From: Candidatus Zixiibacteriota bacterium
GTDB lineage: Bacteria > Zixibacteria > MSB-5A5 > GN15 > FEB-12
Length of the DNA stretch: 64,000 nt
Assembly: GCA_036826635.1 (NCBI GenBank)
Contig: DAISVY010000006.1
Coordinates: 14,554 to 78,553 of the forward strand
Direction of reading: 5' to 3'
The position numbers and the translations under genes were made by a program. Under the pieces are notes generated by a model that saw nothing but the letters and a program-made list of their open reading frames with translations, made no database searches and was not told the DNA's origin. This document shows positions 39,197-48,429 of this stretch, in pieces. Position 1 is the first letter of the stretch. The number at the start of each line of letters is the position of its first letter.

Positions 39197-40252
39197 ATGG
39201 CTTCTTCCACGACAGGTAATACCGACCGAAAAAAGGCGCTGGATGCCGCCCTGACCCAGATTGAACGCTCGTTTGGCAAAGGTTCCATAATGCGGTTAGG
39301 CGACAGCACGGTGCTTGAAATTGAGACCATCTCTACCGGTTCTCTTGGGCTTAACCATGCTCTCGGAGTCGGCGGGGTGCCGCGGGGCAGGATAACCGAA
39401 GTCTTCGGCCCCGAAGCATCGGGCAAGACTACCCTGGCCCTGCATATCATTGCTGAAACCCAGAAAGCAGGCGGTGTGGCGGCCTTTATTGACGCTGAAC
39501 ATGCTCTGGATGCCACATACGCCCGGGCCCTGGGGGTCAATACGACTGATCTCCTTGTATCCCAACCTGATAACGGCGAGCAGGCCCTTGACATTACGGA
39601 AACCCTGGTCCGCTCAGGGGCGGTCGATATTATTGTGGTCGACTCGGTGGCGGCTCTTACGCCCAAGTCCGAGATTGAAGGTGAAATGGGTGACGCCCAT
39701 ATGGGTTTGCAGGCCCGGCTGATGTCACAGGCCTTGCGCAAACTGACCGCGATTACCGCCAAATCACACACCGCCATTGTTTTCATTAACCAGATCAGGA
39801 TGAAAATAGGTGTCATGTTCGGCAATCCGGAAACCACTACCGGTGGAAACGCACTCAAGTTCTACGCTACCTGCCGCCTGGATATTCGCCGTATCGCCTC
39901 GATCAAAGACGGCCAGGAAATGATTGGCAGCCGTACCCGGGTAAGAGTGGTAAAGAACAAGGTTGCCCCGCCTTTTCGGGAAGCCGAGTTCGATATCATT
40001 TACGGCAAAGGCATTTCGATCACCGGCGAGCTTCTGGACAAGGCCGCGGACGCCGGTATCATTGACAAATCCGGGGCCTGGTTCAGTTATCAGAGTAATC
40101 GTCTGGGACAGGGTCGAGAGAACGCGCGCCGTTTCCTTGAGGACAATTCGGAAATCTACGACGAGATCATGACCAAAGTGAAAACCGAACTGGGCATGAT
40201 AAAACCGGCCGAAACCGCCGACAAGCCGGAACCCGTCAGCAGCGAAGCGTAA
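39197..40252 (+). CDS. recA: Recombinase RecA
   Basis: 351 aa with canonical RecA sequence, including Walker [19 protein letters not shown] and [29 protein letters not shown]. Confidence 0.97.
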   Translation: MASSTTGNTDRKKALDAALTQIERSFGKGSIMRLGDSTVLEIETISTGSLGLNHALGVGGVPRGRITEVFGPEASGKTTLALHIIAETQKAGGVAAFIDAEHALDATYARALGVNTTDLLVSQPDNGEQALDITETLVRSGAVDIIVVDSVAALTPKSEIEGEMGDAHMGLQARLMSQALRKLTAITAKSHTAIVFINQIRMKIGVMFGNPETTTGGNALKFYATCRLDIRRIASIKDGQEMIGSRTRVRVVKNKVAPPFREAEFDIIYGKGISITGELLDKAADAGIIDKSGAWFSYQSNRLGQGRENARRFLEDNSEIYDEIMTKVKTELGMIKPAETADKPEPVSSEA

Positions 40253-40282
40253 AAACCGATCAGCCCCTCAGAAAAGGTTCCG

Positions 40283-40320
40283 AGCCCCGAGGACAACCCC
40301 CAAACCTCGGGGCTTTCTTA
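40283..40320 (+). terminator. Intrinsic terminator after recA
   Basis: The stem pairs AGCCCCGAGG with CCTCGGGGCT around a 12-nt loop and is followed by TTCTTAT. Confidence 0.65.
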
Positions 40321-40635
40321 TGCTCCTGGCCCGAGGAATAACCGCGGCGTCTATTCTCTTATCATTCATTCTATTACAGAAAAAACTCCGGTCCGATCCA
40401 GACCGGGAGGTTGGCCCCGGAGATTGAAAAGGCTTGTTTGTCCGCTGCGGGCGGGGTATCTTTAGACTTAGCTACGGGGACAGCTACGAGCAATCGGCCT
40501 ATATTCAGTTCAGAATCCCGAAACGCCAAATTATGGCGCCCAAGGGTACTGAAAGGGGAACTTCAGGGACTTCAGCAATGTTATTTTTAGTACCCTGTAA
40601 TGGACGATTGCTTTCAGGACCCGGGGAGGCTTTGT

Positions 40636-41223
40636 ATGCCTGAAAGTAAGACCGGTAATCAGGAAAAACGCAGGGCTTTCGAAACCGAGGCCATGCCTCA
40701 CATGGATGCCCTGCTGCGAACAGCGTTGCGAATGACCAAAAATCAGAGCGACGCCGAAGACTTGGTACAGGAGACTTACGCAAAGGCCTACCGATTCTGG
40801 GACAAGTTTGAGTCGGGTTCCAACTGCCGGGCTTGGTTATTCAAGATAATGACCAACATATTCATCAACGATTACCGTTCCAAAACTCGCACGCCCGTTT
40901 CGGTAAACGTTGAAGACATGGATGACAGCTTTTTGTACGGGCAGTTGGCCAGCCTGGAGCCAGAGGACAACCCGGAACGGCAGTTGTTTTCCAAAATTTT
41001 CGACGACGACATCAAGAAAGCTATAGAAGAACTCCCGGACGATTTTCGGGTGGTGGTCGTGCTCTCGTTTCTGGAGGGCTTTTCCTACCAGGAAATCGCA
41101 GAGATTGCCGATCTTCAATTGGGAACGGTCAAGTCACGACTCCACCGAGGCCGGAAGCTCTTGCAGAAACAACTGCTGGACTATGCAATAAAGAATGGCT
41201 ACATCAAGGACACGGCACAATGA
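40636..41223 (+). CDS. ECF-type RNA polymerase sigma factor
   Basis: Region 2 reads DAEDLVQETYAKAYRFWDKF and region 4 reads FSYQEIAEIADLQLGTVKSRLHRGR. I chose the start at 40636 (MPESK) because a GGGGAGG RBS lies 6-7 nt upstream. Confidence 0.85.
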   Translation: MPESKTGNQEKRRAFETEAMPHMDALLRTALRMTKNQSDAEDLVQETYAKAYRFWDKFESGSNCRAWLFKIMTNIFINDYRSKTRTPVSVNVEDMDDSFLYGQLASLEPEDNPERQLFSKIFDDDIKKAIEELPDDFRVVVVLSFLEGFSYQEIAEIADLQLGTVKSRLHRGRKLLQKQLLDYAIKNGYIKDTAQ

Positions 41224-42044
41224 CATGTCAGGAAGCGCTGGAACTACTGTATGACATAATCGATAAAGAAGCCTCTGAAATCGATACGCAGGAAGTGAAG
41301 AAACACCTCAGCCAGTGTAAGCACTGCGCCGATGTCTATAGGATAGAGCGTTCTATTAACGAGTTGATTAAAGAACGGCTCGCGTCACAAAATCAGACGT
41401 CGCCACAGGTCGAAAGTCTCAGGGCGCGGGTAATCGCCCAGTTGGACAGTATCGACGGGGCGGAGTGTACCAACGATCAAGCCGACGTTTCCCCATCTAA
41501 AAAAAAAACTGAACCCACTTTCAGAATAGGGCGTGCTCTGGCTTTCGCGGCCGCGATTGTCATCGTAATCAGCGGCGCTTTTTACGGCGGCCAGTTTATT
41601 AAAGACAAAGCACCCTACTACAAACTGGAACAATCGCATTGGCATGTTTCGGACAACGTAACCAATTTTCAGGATGAAGGTGTCACCGTTTCGGCCAGAC
41701 AGATCGTTAACCATCGGGCGGCTTACAATCTCTATCCGACAGTGGGAGATTTCGAATTAATCGGCGGCCGGATGGAACAGATCGACGGGGTCCAGACGGC
41801 TCATTTCGTATACCGCGACGGCAACCGGATGGTATCGGTGTTTATTGCCCTGGCCGACCAGTTCCACCTGCCCGAAGAGCTACTGAAAACGGCCGTGACC
41901 AAGGACAATATCGAATTCTACGATCATCATTGCCGCGGTTGTCGACTCGTGTATCACCTGGTCGGCAATGCCGTGATCGTTACCGCTACCAACGAACGCG
42001 ACGTGGACCTTCTGAAGTTCCTTCCCGGCCATACCACGGCCTGA
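41220..42044 (+). CDS. Anti-sigma factor (zf-HC2 type, single-pass membrane)
   Basis: It overlaps the sigma stop (ATGA). The N-terminal H-x3-C-x2-C motif is HLSQCKHC, and one TM helix is present (ALAFAAAIVIVISGAFYGG). Confidence 0.75.
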   Translation: MTCQEALELLYDIIDKEASEIDTQEVKKHLSQCKHCADVYRIERSINELIKERLASQNQTSPQVESLRARVIAQLDSIDGAECTNDQADVSPSKKKTEPTFRIGRALAFAAAIVIVISGAFYGGQFIKDKAPYYKLEQSHWHVSDNVTNFQDEGVTVSARQIVNHRAAYNLYPTVGDFELIGGRMEQIDGVQTAHFVYRDGNRMVSVFIALADQFHLPEELLKTAVTKDNIEFYDHHCRGCRLVYHLVGNAVIVTATNERDVDLLKFLPGHTTA

Positions 42045-42094
42045 CCGGTCAGTTTGTTATTGCTTTTCCCGACCCTGGAAATAGCTTGACCACC

Positions 42095-43162
42095 ATGAGA
42101 CGACCGCCGGTCTTTCTTTTCTGTTTTATTCTGTTCCCGTGTTTTTTGATTTACGGAACTTACGCGGCCGATTCTTATATGGACGATTCCAGGATCGGCG
42201 CTCTCATGCGCGCCCAGGATTTCCTGTTCGATGACCGTTTCGACGCCGCCGATTCGATCTATACGGCCATGATCAATGAGTCTCCACGCGATCCGGCCGG
42301 CTATATCTTTCGAGCCGGTGGTCTTCTGGCTCAAATGAACGACCGCGAAGAGAATTTGCGAGGGGCCTTGTTTTCGGACTTGCTCGATTCGGTCGAGATA
42401 TTCAGCGAAGCGATTCTCGACACCTGCAACGATCGCACGGCGGCCTGGATGCATCTTTTCAGGGGACATTCGCGGGCCTATCGATCACTTTGGGAAGCCC
42501 GTTTTGGATCGGTCCTGAAAGCTCTCAGGGTGGGACTTTCGAGCAACGACGAGTATGAACGGGGGTTGATATGTGACAGCAGTCTTTACGATCTGTACGC
42601 CGGTTTGGGCTCGTACCACTATTGGAAATCATCCCGGGCCGGCCTTCTGCGCACCCTGGGGCTGTTTCGAAACGAGAAAGAGCGGGGTATTACCGAGCTG
42701 TACCTGGCTGTCGACTCCTCCGTGCTGCATCGGGAATCCGCCCACAGCGCTCTGGCGTGGGTATGGCTGGATCGTGATCGGTATGACTCCGTCATTGCTA
42801 TTGCTTCAGACTTCGCGGCCCGATACGACAAAGGAAAGACATTTCTCTGGCCGCTGGCGCAAGCTTACTATCTGCAAGAAGACTACCAACACGCTCTTGA
42901 GATCTACCGCATGATTCGCTCACGTCTGCTTGACTGTCCGGGGAACTATTTCAATCTGATCGAATGCGACTATTACATCTGCCAATGTCACAACTGGCTG
43001 TTGCGGGAAGATCGAGCGATTGCCGCCGCTCGACGAATACACGAATACCGCGACCTTATCCCCGATAAAACATTCGGACGGCAACGTTCCAAAGTACGCT
43101 TTCTTGAGCGAATGGCCACGCGGGAAACGAGAGTAACGGAACTTACGGCCGACTCGGAATAA
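42095..43162 (+). CDS. Hypothetical exported all-alpha (TPR-like) protein
   Basis: The start at ATG 42095 gives a signal-like N-terminus (MRRPPVFLFCFILFPCFLIYGTYA). The protein is helical-repeat rich. The ORF-track start at 41930 would overlap the anti-sigma gene. Confidence 0.55.
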   Translation: MRRPPVFLFCFILFPCFLIYGTYAADSYMDDSRIGALMRAQDFLFDDRFDAADSIYTAMINESPRDPAGYIFRAGGLLAQMNDREENLRGALFSDLLDSVEIFSEAILDTCNDRTAAWMHLFRGHSRAYRSLWEARFGSVLKALRVGLSSNDEYERGLICDSSLYDLYAGLGSYHYWKSSRAGLLRTLGLFRNEKERGITELYLAVDSSVLHRESAHSALAWVWLDRDRYDSVIAIASDFAARYDKGKTFLWPLAQAYYLQEDYQHALEIYRMIRSRLLDCPGNYFNLIECDYYICQCHNWLLREDRAIAAARRIHEYRDLIPDKTFGRQRSKVRFLERMATRETRVTELTADSE

Positions 43163-43165
43163 TAC

Positions 43166-45256
43166 TCAGGTCGAAGTTTCCCGCTGGCATTCGTCCAGAA
43201 GACGACACCCTTCCATCAGGATAGACTCGTTGGAATACTCGTTGTTGGCCGGGGGAATATCTTCTTCCGCGACCGGTTCGATAACCCACTTACCGCTGTT
43301 CCAGGCCAGGGCGGCGTATACCCCCTCGGCCCCGAGCAGATCACCGGACTGAGCGAACACGATCTGACCCTTTTTCAGATACAGGATCAGTTCGTTGCCA
43401 TTTGAGGTAATGCTTATCTTGGCCGTTTTGCGGCTCGGTCCCAACGCCTGCAACAGATCAATGAGATTCATGTCTTCCAGAAGACCGGCCGTACCGGTAG
43501 CGCTGACCGACTCGCCCCTGGCATTGGTTTCGGCCCGGGAACGCAGTTTGCGCATTTTCATTACGAGCAAATCGAGACCGTTTTCAATCGGGATGATATC
43601 TTCTATCCCCCGTTCGAACATGGAAGCCAACTCGGCGGCCGCCCGCTGCGAAGTCAACAGAAAAGTGGGAACTTTCACGATCTCGACACCGCGCCGGGTC
43701 AATTCGTCGATCTGTGCGATAGCTCTGGAGGCACGAGACTGACCAGCCAGTATAATATAGTCCGGGCGGCTTCGCTGATATAGTTCCACCAGACGGTCGG
43801 TGTTGCTGAGGGCTATCGGCCGGAAACCTTCCTGCCGGAGACGTTTGACAATCGGATTAAGCTGCTCGAGATCTTCGCCCATAACCAGAGCCTGATTGTA
43901 CTTGTTGGCCGAGGGCTCGATCAGAATCTCGTCCTCGATCATTTCTATGAACGTCTCCACCACTTCCGGGAGGAACAGTTTGCCGGTCATGGAAATCAAA
44001 TTGCTGCGGACGGCCTCGAACTTGTCCAGTGATATCTGTTCTTCGAACGACATGTTCTCGCAGAATATATCAACGATGGTCAGGATGTTGCCACCCAGGG
44101 TTTCGATAGGCAACCGCTTGGTATATTTCTGTTGCAGGTTGATATAGGCCGAACGCAATATCTCCACCACCAAGGGCGAATAGTTCAGCGAGTCCAGAAG
44201 CTTCGCGGTCAGAGCGATGCGAGTGCGACAGTCGGAAGCTTCTTCGGCCTCCCCATAGTAGAACCGGGACATATTGTGCAGATAGGCGGCGTTGACAATA
44301 CTCAAACGATCCCTGTCCGGAATCCCCATCTGTCGGCACAGACGATCAACATAGTGACCGACCACCCCGGCATGGTTGTCTTTGAGATTCTCCCGGGAAG
44401 CCAGAAGAGAAGTAAAAACCTCAAGGCTCTTGATTACCTGATCGTTCAGAATCTCGCTTTGCCCTCCGCTGAGAAGCAGTTGGGCCGGTGATTCGTAGTA
44501 TCGCACACAGGTCCGCGGTGATACTTTGCGCAACCGATCGATCAGATCGATATAATCACCCTGAACCGTGTCGCGGATAAAAACCGTATGGAACCTTTGA
44601 TTCCCGATGATTTCAATGGCATCGTCGGCCGAGTTGGTGCAAACAAGCTTATAATTTTCGTTTTCCAGAGCTTCCCGCAACGGCCGGTCGGCGTCGGGCT
44701 CATCGCTTACCAGCAAAATCGACCCGCGCGACGGCAGGATATCGACGGCCCCGGTATCGTCAAGCGAGGGGATTCTCTGTTGAATCGCCGGTTCTTCGGG
44801 GTCGGCATTCCGCTGAACACCAACGTAATGTCGAGCGACCGCGGCCCGCAACGGCATCTCGGCCGCCACGTAGAGTTTCACTTTCTTCCCGGCCGCCATG
44901 AAGTTCAACTCATTGATGAGATTCTCGTCGTCGGGATTCTCGCAGGCTATCTTGAGCAGATTGTCATCGGGATCGTAATCGAACGGTATGACGGTTCTGG
45001 CGATAGCCAGATTGGACGGTATAAGCTGGGTTATTTCTCTGGGGATTTCCACATCGGAGAGCATGACCGACTCACACCCGAACTGTTTCGACAAAGCCGT
45101 GAGCAAACCGGCTTCATCGACAAAGCCCAGTCGCACCAGATGCGAGCCCAGTCGACCACCATGCTCTCGCTGATATTGCAGGGCTGTCTTGACTTGTTCC
45201 TCGGTAACCAGCCCGTCCCAGAGCAGGATTTCGTCTATTCTCAAAGTGGTACTCAC
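43166..45256 (-). CDS. Multidomain signalling protein: MshEN-type c-di-GMP-binding domain, two receiver-like domains, a degenerate HD-type domain and a C-terminal DUF4388
   Basis: 696 aa. It has two consecutive 24-residue MshEN motifs (RIDEILLWDGLVTEEQVKTALQYQ and RLGSHLVRLGFVDEAGLLTALSKQ) and a T2SSE_N-like fold. The HD-like segment has AAYLHN in place of LHD. The C-terminal sequence LIDLLQALGPSRKTAKISI...GAEGVYAALAW is typical of DUF4388. Confidence 0.75.
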   Translation of the reverse strand: MSTTLRIDEILLWDGLVTEEQVKTALQYQREHGGRLGSHLVRLGFVDEAGLLTALSKQFGCESVMLSDVEIPREITQLIPSNLAIARTVIPFDYDPDDNLLKIACENPDDENLINELNFMAAGKKVKLYVAAEMPLRAAVARHYVGVQRNADPEEPAIQQRIPSLDDTGAVDILPSRGSILLVSDEPDADRPLREALENENYKLVCTNSADDAIEIIGNQRFHTVFIRDTVQGDYIDLIDRLRKVSPRTCVRYYESPAQLLLSGGQSEILNDQVIKSLEVFTSLLASRENLKDNHAGVVGHYVDRLCRQMGIPDRDRLSIVNAAYLHNMSRFYYGEAEEASDCRTRIALTAKLLDSLNYSPLVVEILRSAYINLQQKYTKRLPIETLGGNILTIVDIFCENMSFEEQISLDKFEAVRSNLISMTGKLFLPEVVETFIEMIEDEILIEPSANKYNQALVMGEDLEQLNPIVKRLRQEGFRPIALSNTDRLVELYQRSRPDYIILAGQSRASRAIAQIDELTRRGVEIVKVPTFLLTSQRAAAELASMFERGIEDIIPIENGLDLLVMKMRKLRSRAETNARGESVSATGTAGLLEDMNLIDLLQALGPSRKTAKISITSNGNELILYLKKGQIVFAQSGDLLGAEGVYAALAWNSGKWVIEPVAEEDIPPANNEYSNESILMEGCRLLDECQRETST

Positions 45257-45478
45257 CGCTGTCTGTCAGCTCTCTGTTTCCGACCCGATTCCCCTGCCCG
45301 GAGGCCCGGGCTTATATCTCCGGCCGAAACCGTACACGTACTCCTCTGCTTATGTAATCGGAAAGAGTCGGAACAATTGTACCGGTCAGGGCTGTTCAAT
45401 CTTTGCACACGGTTGACCTAAGCCGCCGAAATCAGACGATTCTTGCCGCGGGAATGTTCTTAACGTATTATTGGTACC

Positions 45479-46537
45479 ATGACCGACAAAAAAGAGCTTT
45501 CATCAATCAGACTGACCGCCGAAGTCAGTTGCTCGGGGTGAGCTTCCAAACTGGGGTCAAAGTTTTTGGCCGAAGCACTGAAAAATCTCACGCAGTCCGA
45601 CCACCCGGATCTTCTGGTAGGCTTCAATAAAGCCGATGACGCCGGGGTCTTCCGCCTGACCGACGAGCTGGCCCTGGTACAGACGGTGGATTTTTTCCCG
45701 CCTATCGTCGATGATCCCTTCAGTTTCGGCCAGATTGCCGCCGCCAACGCCCTGTCGGACGTTTTTGCGATGGGGGGTCGGCCCCTGACGGCTCTCAATA
45801 TCGTCGGTTTTCCGCTGGCCGATATGCCCCCGCAGGTCTTTACCGAGATTCTCCGCGGCGGAAACGAGAAGATACAGGAAGCCGGGGCGGTGGTGGTCGG
45901 GGGACATTCCATCAAAGACAAAGAGCTAAAATACGGCGTCGCCGTATCGGGAATAGTTCACCCCTCACACATCATTACCAACGCCGGGGCGGTTGTCGGC
46001 GATTGCCTGTTTCTTACCAAACCGCTGGGTACCGGCATCATTACGACAGCGATCAAACGACAGGCGGTCGACCCGTCCCTGATCGACCTGGTAACACGGC
46101 AAATGGCCGCCCTGAACAAAACAGCCGCCGAGTTGATGCTGCAACACGACGTCCACGCGGCCACCGATATCACCGGATACGGCCTCCTCGGCCACGGTTA
46201 TGAAATGGCCGAGGCCTCGGGGGTAAGTATCCGCATCGCGGCCGGGGCAGTTCCGCTTCTACCGGAAGCAGCACGGCTGGCCGGCGAGGGAATGAACCCC
46301 GGCGGAGCCGGAGATAATCGCGATTACCTGACCGGTCACGTACGAGTCGACGAGAACGTCGATAAAAACATCGAACAGGTATTATATGACCCCCAGACCT
46401 CGGGAGGCCTCCTGATGGCTATTCCCCCCGAGCGGGCGGACCGGTTCGCGGAGGCTTTACGGCAACATGGCTTGATATCAGCCGCCATCGGTAAAGTCAT
46501 CGCACGCGACGAATATGAACTGATCGTGGAAGCCTGA
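45479..46537 (+). CDS. selD: Selenophosphate synthetase with predicted selenocysteine (TGA 45539-45541) in the active-site loop
   Basis: The frame of ORF 45566..46537 stays open upstream except for one TGA. From ATG 45479 it reads MTDKKELSSIRLTAEVSCSG-U-ASKLGSKFLAEALKNL. The TGA aligns with E. coli SelD Cys17, and the Lys three residues later with Lys20. An in-frame TAA at 45461 bounds the 5' end. Downstream are canonical SelD motifs (DDAGVFRL, VQTVDFFPPIVDDPFSFGQIAAANALSDVFAMGG, GGHSIKD). Confidence 0.8.
45542..45576 (+). promoter_or_regulatory. Candidate bacterial SECIS hairpin immediately 3' of the selD TGA
   Basis: GCTT (45542-45545) pairs with AAGC (45573-45576), and CCAAA (45546-45550) pairs with TTTGG (45565-45569). 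The G-rich apical region is CTGGGGTCAAAG. The hairpin starts 1 nt after the TGA. Confidence 0.5.
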
Positions 46538-46745
46538 TAAAAAACGAGTCGCAGAGTAGTCTTTGCGGAAGGTTCGCATTCACGGGTTGCTCTCTGTCAC
46601 GAAACAAAGCGCCGGCTTGGGGAGTTATGACCGATGACATGACGAAAACCTGACACAACAAAGCAAACCGCGTGTATAAATGACAGGAAGTTGTTGTTGA
46701 CGGCATGGTGCCGTCGACCTTAACCTGACCTCGGTAGGAGGCGAA

Positions 46746-47003
46746 ATGGATATCGACGTTATATATTCCAAAAAGGATCCTCGGCAGGCCAGAACCATGG
46801 ATTTCGTGAAAAGATGGGTTCGCGATTGCGGTGTACTGGCCAAGATCGTGGAAACCGAAAAGGATGTGAACTCACCTACCGTTATTATAAACGGTCATAC
46901 CCTCCGCGATCTTCGCAAGAGTCCTCGCGGCACCAAGCCAGCCATGTATCCCACGACGAAGGATATCGCCAAAGAGCTGGAACGCCACGTCTGGTGTCTG
47001 TAA
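46746..47003 (+). CDS. Small hypothetical protein with thioredoxin-fold-like pattern but no CxxC
   Basis: 85 aa preceded by a strong TAGGAGG RBS. Its beta-alpha-beta-like pattern (IDVIYS...FVKRWVRDCG...AKIVETE...PTVIINGHTL) resembles small Trx/Rdx-like proteins. Confidence 0.55.
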   Translation: MDIDVIYSKKDPRQARTMDFVKRWVRDCGVLAKIVETEKDVNSPTVIINGHTLRDLRKSPRGTKPAMYPTTKDIAKELERHVWCL

Positions 47004-47078
47004 AAGACTAAAAAGCAAACGAAGCATCAGCCTGATCGACCGCTCTGCGCCGGTCAGGAAGATGTATATGTATCCGGT

Positions 47079-48416
47079 TCAGCCGTAGATTTTCTCGTTG
47101 AGAAAATCTATCAACTGCTCGGTCGTCATGCGGCTTTGTTCCATGCTGTCGCGGTCGCGTACGGTCATCGTGTTGTCCTGCAGCGTCTGACCGTCAACCG
47201 TCACGCAGAACGGGCAACCGGCCTCGTCCATGCGGGCATAGCGGCGCCCGACCGCTCCCGAAACATCATAGAAAACCTTGAAGCGCTTTTTGAGTTCCTG
47301 GTAGACCTTCTCGGCATACTCCGGCATGCCATCCTTCTTGACCAGCGGGAACACAGCCGCCTTGAGGGGTGAGATTTTCGGAGAAAGGCGCAGAAACACG
47401 CGCTTCTCGCCCTTGACCTCGACTTCGTCATAGCTATCCACCAGGATCGTAAGCAGTGTCCTGTCGCACCCGGCCGAAGTTTCGATGATATACGGCACGA
47501 ATTTAGCGGGGAAACGCTCGTCGAAATAGCGCATGTCCTTGCCCGTAGCGTTCATATGACGGCTCAGGTCGAAATCGGTCCGATTGTGCACACCTTCCAG
47601 TTCCTGCCAGCCGAAGGGATATTCGTACTCGATATCATAGGCGCTCTTGGCATAGTGGGCCAGTTCATCGTCGGCGTGCCGATGCCAGCGGAGCTTTTCG
47701 GGATTGATGCCCAGCGACAGATACCAGGCCCAACGCTGTTCCCGCCAGTATTCGAACCATTTCTCGTCTTCATCCGGGTGAATGAAGTACTGCATTTCCA
47801 TTTGTTCGAATTCACGGGTTCGGAAAATGAAATTGCCGGGAGTAATCTCGTTGCGAAAAGCTTTGCCGATTTGAGCAATACCGAACGGGATCTTCTGCCG
47901 CGAGGAATTCTTGACGTTGAGAAAATTGACGTAAATCCCCTGGGCTGTTTCGGGTCGGATGTAGATAGCCGCCGAATCGTCCTCGACCGGCCCCATAAAG
48001 GTCTTGAACATGAGATTGAAACGCCGGGGCTCGGTCAGCTCGCCGCCGCATTCCAGAGGAGTTTTGGACGGCTTGAGCAGACAACGGCACTCCTCAAGCT
48101 TATCGGCGCGAAAACGCCCCTTGCATGTTTTGCAGTCTACCAGCGGATCGGTGAACTCTTCGACGTGCCCGGAAGTATACCAGACCTTCGGATGCATGAG
48201 AATCGCGGCGTCGATTCCTTCGATATCATCGCGCCGGTGGGTCATGGCGTCCCACCAGAAGCTCTTGACATTGCGCTTGAGTTCGGCTCCGAGCGGGCCA
48301 TAGTCCCAGCAGGAACCGAGGCCGCCGTAAATTTCCGACGATGGGTATACATAGCCGCGTCGTTTGCACAGGGATACGATTTTGTCCATCAACGTTTCGG
48401 TCTTCTTGGCACTCAT
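47079..48416 (-). CDS. glyQS: Glycine--tRNA ligase (dimeric class II type)
   Basis: 445 aa. The N-terminus reads IVSLCKRRGYVYPSSEIYGGLGSCWDYGPLG, and class II motifs are present (FRNEITPGNFIFRTREFEQMEMQYF). Confidence 0.95.
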   Translation of the reverse strand: MSAKKTETLMDKIVSLCKRRGYVYPSSEIYGGLGSCWDYGPLGAELKRNVKSFWWDAMTHRRDDIEGIDAAILMHPKVWYTSGHVEEFTDPLVDCKTCKGRFRADKLEECRCLLKPSKTPLECGGELTEPRRFNLMFKTFMGPVEDDSAAIYIRPETAQGIYVNFLNVKNSSRQKIPFGIAQIGKAFRNEITPGNFIFRTREFEQMEMQYFIHPDEDEKWFEYWREQRWAWYLSLGINPEKLRWHRHADDELAHYAKSAYDIEYEYPFGWQELEGVHNRTDFDLSRHMNATGKDMRYFDERFPAKFVPYIIETSAGCDRTLLTILVDSYDEVEVKGEKRVFLRLSPKISPLKAAVFPLVKKDGMPEYAEKVYQELKKRFKVFYDVSGAVGRRYARMDEAGCPFCVTVDGQTLQDNTMTVRDRDSMEQSRMTTEQLIDFLNEKIYG

Positions 48417-48429
48417 AGGTCTCTTTCTC

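Noticed and set aside
38965-39858. 297-aa ORF on the minus strand
   Set aside because: It is antisense to recA.
45566-46537. TTG start for selD as given in the ORF track
   Set aside because: This start would delete the conserved catalytic N-terminal loop of SelD. The upstream frame encodes that loop once TGA 45539-45541 is read as Sec.
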